This document shows, piece after piece, positions 58,401 to 64,000 of a DNA stretch of 64,000 nt. The position numbers and the translations under genes were made by a program. This DNA comes from Eledone cirrhosa. Its lineage: Eukaryota. The stretch's first letter is position 1, and every line of letters begins with the position of its first letter. Where the stretch lies: positions 43,462,001 through 43,526,000 of the forward strand of contig OZ024755.1 in the NCBI GenBank assembly GCA_964016885.1. The letters run 5' to 3'. The notes beneath the pieces are model-generated. The model searched no databases. It saw only the letters and a list, made by a program, of their open reading frames with translations, and was not told the origin of the DNA.

Positions 58401-60780
58401 CTGTTAGAAAGACTCCCTAATCTTTGTCTACTATCACTATTAGAAACATTCCTTATCTTTGCATACTCACACTATTAGAAAGAGTCCCTAATCTTTGCAT
58501 ACTCACACTATTAGAAAGAATTCCTAATAATTGCATACTCACACTATTAGAAAGACTCCCTAATCTTTGTCTACTATCACTATTAGAAAGAGTTCCGAAT
58601 CTTTGCCTACTAACACTATTACAAAGAGTTCCCAATCTTTGCCTACTCACACTATTAGAAAGAGTTCCCAATCTTTGCATACTCACACTATTACAAAGAG
58701 TTCTTAATCCTTGCATACTCACACTATTAGAAAGATTTTCTAATCTTTGCTACTCACACTATTAGAAAGAGTTCCTAATCTTTGCATACTCACACTATTA
58801 AAAAGAGTTGCTAATCTTTGCTACTCACACTATTAGAAAGAGTTCCTAATCTTTGCATACTTACACTATTAGAAAGAGTTGCTAATCTTTGCATACTCAC
58901 ACTATTAGAAAGAGTTCCCAATCTTTGCATACTCACACTATTAGAAAGAGTTCCTAATCTAATCTTTGCCTACATACACTATTAGAGAATTCCTAATTTT
59001 TGCATACTCACACTATGAGAAAGAGTTCCTAATCTTAGCATACTCACACTACTAGAAATATTTCATAATCTTTGCATACTCACACTATTAGAAAGAGTTC
59101 CTAATCTTTGCCTACTAACACTATTAGAAAGAGTTCCTAATCTTTGCATACTCACACTATTAGAAAGAGTTCCTAATCTTTGCATACTCACATTATTAGA
59201 AAGAGTTCTTATTCTTTGCATACTCACACTATTAGAAAAGTCCCTAATCTTTGCATACTCACACTATTAGAAAGAATTCCTAATAATTGCATACTCACAC
59301 TATTAGAAAGACTCCCTAATCTTTGTCTACTATCACTATTAGAAAGAGTTCCGAATCTTTGCCTACTAACACTATTACAAAGAGTTCCCAATCTTTGCCT
59401 ACTCACACTATTAGAAAGAGTTCCCAATCTTTGCATACTCACACTATTACAAAGAGTTCTTAATCTTTGCATACTCACACTATTAGAAAGATTTTCTAAT
59501 CTTTGCTACTCACACTATTAGAAAGAGTTCCTAATCTTTGCATACTCACACTATTAGAAAGAGTTGCTAATCTTTGCATACTCACACTATTAGAAAGATT
59601 TCCCAATCTTTGCATACTCACACTATTAGAAAGACTTCCTAATCTTTTCCTACTAACACTATTAGAAACATTCCTTATCTTTGCATACTCACACTATTAG
59701 AAAGAGTTCCTAATCTTTGCCTACTAACACTATTAGAAAGAGTTCCTAATCTTTGAATACTCACACTATTAGAAAGAGTTCCTAATCTTTGCATACTCAC
59801 ACTATTAGAAGAGTTCCTAATATTTGCATACTCACAATATTAGAAAGAGTTCCCAATCTTTGCATACTCACACTATTAGAAAGAGTTCCTAATCTTTGCA
59901 TACTCACACTATTAGAAAGAGTTCCTAATCTTTGCATACTCACACCATTAGAAAGAGTTCCCACTCTTTGCATACTCACACTATTAGAAAGGGTTCCTAA
60001 TCTTTGCATACTCACACTATTAGAAAGAGTTCCTAATCTTTGCCTACTAACACTATTAGAAAGAGTTCCTAATCTTTGCATACTCACACTATTAGAAAGA
60101 GTTCCCAATATTTGCATACTCACACTATTAGAAAGGGTTCTTAATCTTTGCATACTCACACTATTAGAAAGAGTTCCTAATCTTTGTATACTCACACTAT
60201 TAGAAAGAGTTCCTAATCTTTGTATACTCACACTATTAGAAAGAGTTCCTAATCTTTGTCTACTCACACTATTAGAAAGAGTTCCCAATCTTTGCCTACT
60301 AACACTATTAGAAAGATTTCCCAATCTTTGCATACTCACACTATTAGAAAGACTTCCTAATCTTTGCATACTCACACTATTAGAAAGAGTTCCTAATCTT
60401 TGCATACTCACACTATTAGAAAGAGTTCCCAATCTTTGCATACTCACACTATTAGAAAGAGTTCCTAATCTTTGCATACTTACACTATTAGAAAGAGTTC
60501 CTAATCTTTGCCTACTAACACTATTAGAAAGAGTCCCTAATCTTTGCATACTCACACTATTAGAAAGAGTTCATAATCTTTACATACTTACACTTTTAGA
60601 GAGTTCCTAATCTGCCTCAGGCAAAACCGGAATATTAATGAGAATCAAAGTAAAGGGGTGTCAATGAAATTTAAAGCAATTAAAAAAATATACAAAAAAT
60701 AAAAACAAAAACAAAAAGATGATTGAGAGTGGGGAGGTGTTGGGGGTAAGGATGAAACTGGTTAGACCATTACTTAACAG

Positions 60781-61545
60781 AGTATTCAATACTTGGGTTT
60801 TAAAGTCAACCTGACAAAGTCTAAGGTCTGAGTAAGTAGAAGAGGAAACAGAACCCTGATCCCTTTGAGGAAATGGCCTTGCTCAGTATGTTGGAAATTC
60901 CATCCTCTGCCCTAAATGCAAACTATGGGTACACAATAGATGTAGTGGGATCTCAGGAAGCTTAGTTAAGAATGTAGGCTTTACATGTAGCCATTATACT
61001 GGAACAGCAAGCAGCAAACAGCCACAGGAAACAAGTGCTACCAAACTCTGGGAGGGACTGGTAGAAACAGTAGACAGCTTCTGCTACCTGGGTGACCAAA
61101 TTAGCAGCAGTGGTAGGTGTTCTGAAAGTAGTAACCAGGGTAAGAATGGGATGGAAGAAGTTCAGGGAGCTACTACCTCTGCTGACTACAAAAGGCTTTT
61201 CCCTCAGAATGAAAGGCAGACTGTATGATGCGTGCAATGTTACATGGTAGTGAGACCTGGGGATTGTGTTAGAAGACCTGCGAAGACTGGAAATAAATGA
61301 AGCTTGCATGCTGCAATGGATATGTTATAGTAATATAAATGAATGGCAAAGTGTAAATGAAATAAGAGAGAAATTAGGTATAAGAAGGATCAAATGCAGT
61401 ATCCTAGAGAGGAGATTGTATTGGTATGGTCATGTGATACATATGAAGGATGACAGCTATAAAAAATAGTGCAGGGTATTCAAAATTGATGGAAGCTATG
61501 GAATGGGTAGACCTAGCAAGATTAGGGACAATAAAAGCTGATCTT
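60781..61545 (+). mobile_element. Decayed, 5'-truncated non-LTR retrotransposon (RTE-like LINE) ORF2 C-terminal fragment
   Basis: Manual translation across frameshifts and stops gives LGFKVNLTKSKV* ... VETVDSFCYLGDQI ... RVRMGWKKFRELLPLL ... MKGRLYDAC / MLHGSETW / EDLRRLEINEACMLQWI ... IREKLGI ... ERRLYWYGHVIHM ... GMGRPSK. These match the RT-end motifs KVNxxKTKV and FxYLG and the RTE C-terminal motifs YGSETW, RLxWxGHVxRM and GRP. Includes ORF 61266..61469. Confidence 0.9.
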
Positions 61546-61607
61546 GCATAATTACACGCCTCTAAGGGGAGCTCTGGCTTCATGCAATAATACAGAAGAC
61601 TTGCCTT

Positions 61608-61735
61608 CCCATGAGCACAGGCTGAAGCATACATATAGTATTCACCTCCACCCCTATATACCTCCCATGTGATCAGGCTGGCTGAAACATACATCTGGTA
61701 TGCACCATCTTCATCCCCCCCTTCTATACACCTCC
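61608..61735. repeat. Imperfect two-copy direct repeat (~58-72 bp units)
   Basis: CCCATG..CAGGCTGAAGCATACATATAGTATTCACC..CTATATACCTCC is followed by CCCATG..CAGGCTGGCTGAAACATACATCTGGTATGCACC..CTATACACCTCC. Confidence 0.7.
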
Positions 61736-61804
61736 TAATTCTTAACACAGCTCCTCACACACGCCCACATACCAACCTCTCTCATACCCACACACCTTTC
61801 CCAC

Positions 61805-61981
61805 CACTGTAAAGTGGTTAGTGTTAAGAAGGGTATCCAGCTGTAGAAACCAAGCCAGAAACAGTTCTGTTTGAGCAAGTTATGGTAATCTGACCTCGAC
61901 CTGCCTCAAATAGAACAATCTGTCTAACCCATGCTAGCATGGAAAAATGGACATAAAATGGTGATGATGATGATGATGATG
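61805..61981 (+). mobile_element. 3' part of a SINE/RTE-tailed retroposon ending in (TGA)n
   Basis: Homologous to an inverted copy at 63639-63743 in this window. It ends with the palindrome CCATGCTAGCATGG (61929-61942) and a (TGA)6 tail, the kind of short-repeat tail typical of RTE-clade LINEs and their partner SINEs. Confidence 0.75.
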
Positions 61982-62215
61982 CATATATATATATATAGAT
62001 AAATATACACGGGTGTGTATGATTGTGTATAGAAGATTATATTAATAAAAGGAATTCCAACTTTGTCTGATTTACTCGTTTTATTTACAATCCTTTAAAA
62101 TGTTATAATGGTATTAGAATGAAATAGTATGGTAGAATATTAAATGTTAAGTGTTAATTGAACAAGTACTTTCATGCTTTTGCAATCTTCTGGTTCATAT
62201 TCTGTGGTGACAGTC

Positions 62216-62252
62216 AAGTTTGCAATTTTCAACAGTTGAAAATTGCAAACTT
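62216..62252. repeat. Perfect 37-bp palindrome (18-bp arms, 1-nt spacer)
   Basis: AAGTTTGCAATTTTCAAC-A-GTTGAAAATTGCAAACTT. Confidence 0.97.
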
Positions 62253-62451
62253 TTATTAATATATATATATACACCTCTGTGTGTACATAATCTACAGCTT
62301 TGTTAAAGTTTGGTGAAAAAAAAATGAATATTACTTAGTTGATTTGTAAAAGAACTGGTTAAGCATGAAGTATAAAATTTGACAGCAACTTAACTGAATG
62401 TTACACTGCTGGGAACAATTGTTTTTCACCTGTATTGACACATCAGAAGTT

Positions 62452-62493
62452 CCCCCCCCACCTGTTGGCCACGGGGACCCCCCCCCCCCCCCC
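62452..62493. repeat. Poly-C tracts (C8 and C16)
   Basis: C8 at 62452-62459 and C16 at 62478-62493. Confidence 0.9.
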
Positions 62494-62756
62494 ATCCAAA
62501 TCTATTACCAGAGAGACCTGCCTACATGCAAATTGTAAATAATATAATATATGTATAAATAAATATTATATATTTTTTATTTTAATATATTTATATATAT
62601 GTATCATTTGATATTTAATATATTATTACTAGCTGTCACCCCCCCCTCCTCCCGTGTCGTCAAAAGTGACGGCTAATTGTAATATTTATACATAATATAA
62701 AAGAGATATTTTGGGTGGCTGGTAGGTTGATTTTTGCTCACTCAAACAAGTGATAC

Positions 62757-63060
62757 AAACACACACACACAGCTGTGACAAATCTTAGAACGCTGGACTT
62801 CGATACTTTCTCACCCCCTCCTTCCTCAGTCATCACATAGATGTGTGTGTATGTAATAATTAGTCTCTAAGTGTGTCTGTTTATATATACGTATGTGTAG
62901 ATGCGTGTTTGTTTGTAATTCTATTATCTATGTATCTTTCTAAATAAACACACACAAACACGTATACACTCACACAAATATTATATATAAATATAATTTA
63001 CACAAACACACACATAATCATAATGTGTGTAGCCAATTCACTATACATATACACACACAG
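62757..63060. repeat. Low-complexity region of degenerate (AC)n/(GT)n/(AT)n microsatellites
   Basis: Several short ACACAC, GTGTGT and ATATAT runs. Confidence 0.75.
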
Positions 63061-63068
63061 GTGTAGTG

Positions 63069-63266
63069 AATAATAATAATAATAATAATAATTGTTTCTA
63101 CTTTAGGCACAAGGCCAGCAATTACCCAGTGCATTACTGGTACTTTATTTTATCGACCCCGTAAGGATGAAAGGCAAAGTCAACCTCGGCGGGATTTGAA
63201 CTCAGATCGTAAAGGGACGTAACTATGCTGGAAAGCATGGCGTCCGACCCTCTACCGATACTGCCA
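63069..63266 (-). mobile_element. tRNA-derived SINE copy (left arm of the fold-back) with (ATT)n tail
   Basis: Minus strand shows an A-box-like TGGCAGTATCGG (63266-63255), a B-box GAGTTCAAATCC (63203-63192), the body, and a tail read as (AAT)n at 63069-63092 on the plus strand. Confidence 0.8.
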
Positions 63267-63510
63267 ATATGGAACATATATCACTATAGCATCATAAAAT
63301 ATGATGCTATAGTGATATATTTTCCATTTATTACTATCATTAGAGGGTCGGACGCCATGCTTTCCAGCATAGTTACGTCCCTTTACGATCTGAGTTCAAA
63401 TCCCGCCGAGGTTAACTCTGCCTTTCATCCTTACGGGGTCGATAAAATAAAGTACCAGTAATGCACTGGGTAATTGCTAACCTTGTGCCTAACGTAGAAA
63501 CAATTATTAT
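63085..63510. repeat. 426-bp inverted duplication (arms 63085-63296 and 63300-63510, AAA loop)
   Basis: The arms are reverse complements with about 12 substitutions and 1 indel by manual comparison (~94%). The innermost 21 bp are perfectly paired. Confidence 0.97.
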
Positions 63511-63514
63511 AATA
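63329..63514 (+). mobile_element. tRNA-derived SINE copy (right arm of the fold-back), A-box degenerate
   Basis: B-box GAGTTCAAATCC at 63392-63403. The A-box position reads TATTACTATCAT. Short ATTATTAT tail. Confidence 0.78.
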
Positions 63515-63600
63515 CTCCAGATAAATTTTACTTGTTGAGTGCTTCATACCTGTTATGAACATAACTCTGCTGAATAATCATCAACAAAGTCTATAACTCG

Positions 63601-63628
63601 TATATATATATATATATATGTATATATA
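63601..63628. repeat. (TA)n microsatellite
   Basis: TATATATATATATATATATGTATATATA. Confidence 0.9.
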
Positions 63629-63630
63629 GT

Positions 63631-63772
63631 ATTCATTTCATTTTGCGTCCGCTTTTCCCTGCTTGCAAGGGTGGAACGGGAACTGATTCTGGCTTGATTT
63701 CTACAGCTGGATGCCCTTCCTAACACCAACCTCATTTACAGTGAGTGCTGGGTGCTTTTTTGCCGTGGCACC
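63631..63772 (-). mobile_element. SINE/RTE-tailed retroposon 3' part, same family as 61805-61981, with an internal ~50-bp deletion
   Basis: Reverse complement CACTGTAAATGAGGTTGGTGTTAGGAAGGGCATCCAGCTGTAGAAATCAAGCCAGAATCAGTTC aligns to 61805-61867. CCGTTCCACCCTTGCAAGCAGGGAAAAGCGGACGCAAAATG aligns to about 61920-61960. Confidence 0.8.
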
Positions 63773-63821
63773 TCCACGACCACTTTGCAGTGGAATGATA
63801 GGGACCCCAGTCCCTATCATC

Positions 63822-63963
63822 TCATTTCTACAGCTGAGTAAACTGGAGCAATGTGAAATAAAGTGTCTTGCTCAAGGACACAACACATCACCCGGTCTGA
63901 GAATTGAACTCACAACCTTTCAATTGCAAGGCCAATGCTCTAACCACTAAGCCATGTGCCTCC
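63822..63963 (-). mobile_element. tRNA-derived SINE head plus CORE-like domain
   Basis: Minus strand shows A-box TGGCTTAGTGG (63954-63944) and B-box GAGTTCAATTC (63911-63901), then TGTGTCCTTGAGCAAGACACTTTA, which resembles the CORE-SINE motif TGTGACCTTGGGCAAGTCACTTAA. Confidence 0.8.
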
Positions 63964-64000
63964 ATGTATATATAATTTATTTGGCAATATACTGTATGCT

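Larger units (their letters stand above)
1..60613. repeat. 36-bp tandem satellite/minisatellite array, about 1,680 head-to-tail monomers, continuing beyond the left window edge
   Basis: Consensus CTATTAGAAAGAGTTCCTAATCTTTGCATACTCACA recurs continuously, most units carrying only a few substitutions. Length variants of 41 bp (AATCT duplication), 34 bp (AAAGACCGT) and 35 bp (TTTGCTACTC) occur. The last recognisable unit ends GAGTTCCTAATCT at 60613. I saw no inversion or foreign insertion. Confidence 0.99.

Noticed and set aside
430-60555. Minus-strand ORFs (SNSVSMQRLGTL)n as repetitive proteins
   Set aside because: A monomer length divisible by 3 with a stop-free 12-codon frame gives long ORFs automatically. 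Two open frames out of six is unremarkable.
5656-60610. Plus-strand ORFs (LLERVPNLCILT)n as a leucine-rich-repeat protein
   Set aside because: The LxxLxL likeness is superficial, with no LRR Asn position and a 12-aa period. Frames are broken repeatedly by +5, -2 and -1 monomers and by stops, variants are largely non-synonymous, starts are mostly TTG, and there is no unique N- or C-terminal domain.
1-60613. CRISPR array (36-bp repeat with internal dyad)
   Set aside because: Units are directly head-to-tail with no unique spacers, there are no cas genes, and the flank is eukaryotic retroposon sequence.
1-60613. Telomeric repeat (TTAG/CCTAA motifs in the monomer)
   Set aside because: Only isolated TTAG and CCTAA words occur in each 36-mer; there are no tandem TTAGG or TTAGGG runs.
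60962-61748. Minus-strand ORFs 60962..61309 and 61404..61748
   Set aside because: They are antisense to the decayed LINE and the adjacent low-complexity repeat, with no recognisable protein features.
63795-63820. tet operator-like sequence (TCCCTATCA) or intrinsic terminator
   Set aside because: Only a 9-bp coincidence with the wrong arm arrangement, no U-tract, and no bacterial or vector context.
63225-63950. ORFs 63225..63461, 63553..63735 and 63711..63950
   Set aside because: They lie within SINE, palindrome and microsatellite sequence and are chance open frames.
63890-63963. Functional tRNA gene on the minus strand
   Set aside because: A and B boxes are present, but I could not form a convincing acceptor stem, and the sequence continues into a CORE-like SINE body.

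Overview
Eukaryotic, gene-free window. Bases 1 to ~60,613 (95%) are one uninterrupted, single-orientation tandem array of a 36-bp AT-rich monomer (consensus CTATTAGAAAGAGTTCCTAATCTTTGCATACTCACA, 33% GC, roughly 1,680 copies). It is organised into irregular nested higher-order duplications of about 0.4-5.7 kb, with distinct variant layers toward the right edge. Nearly all ORFs in the track are artefacts of this repeat. The last ~3.4 kb is the array flank. It holds a decayed RTE-type LINE ORF2 fragment with an apparent PHD finger inside the RT C-terminal region, several tRNA-derived SINE pieces, microsatellites and several near-perfect palindromes, including a 426-bp fold-back of a SINE. The interspersed repeats resemble those I recall from octopus (coleoid cephalopod) genomes; this is an inference and has not been verified. 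I see no intact gene, CRISPR array or multi-gene system. The best leads are the fold-back hairpin, the PHD-in-RT LINE, and the dyad and higher-order structure of the satellite.
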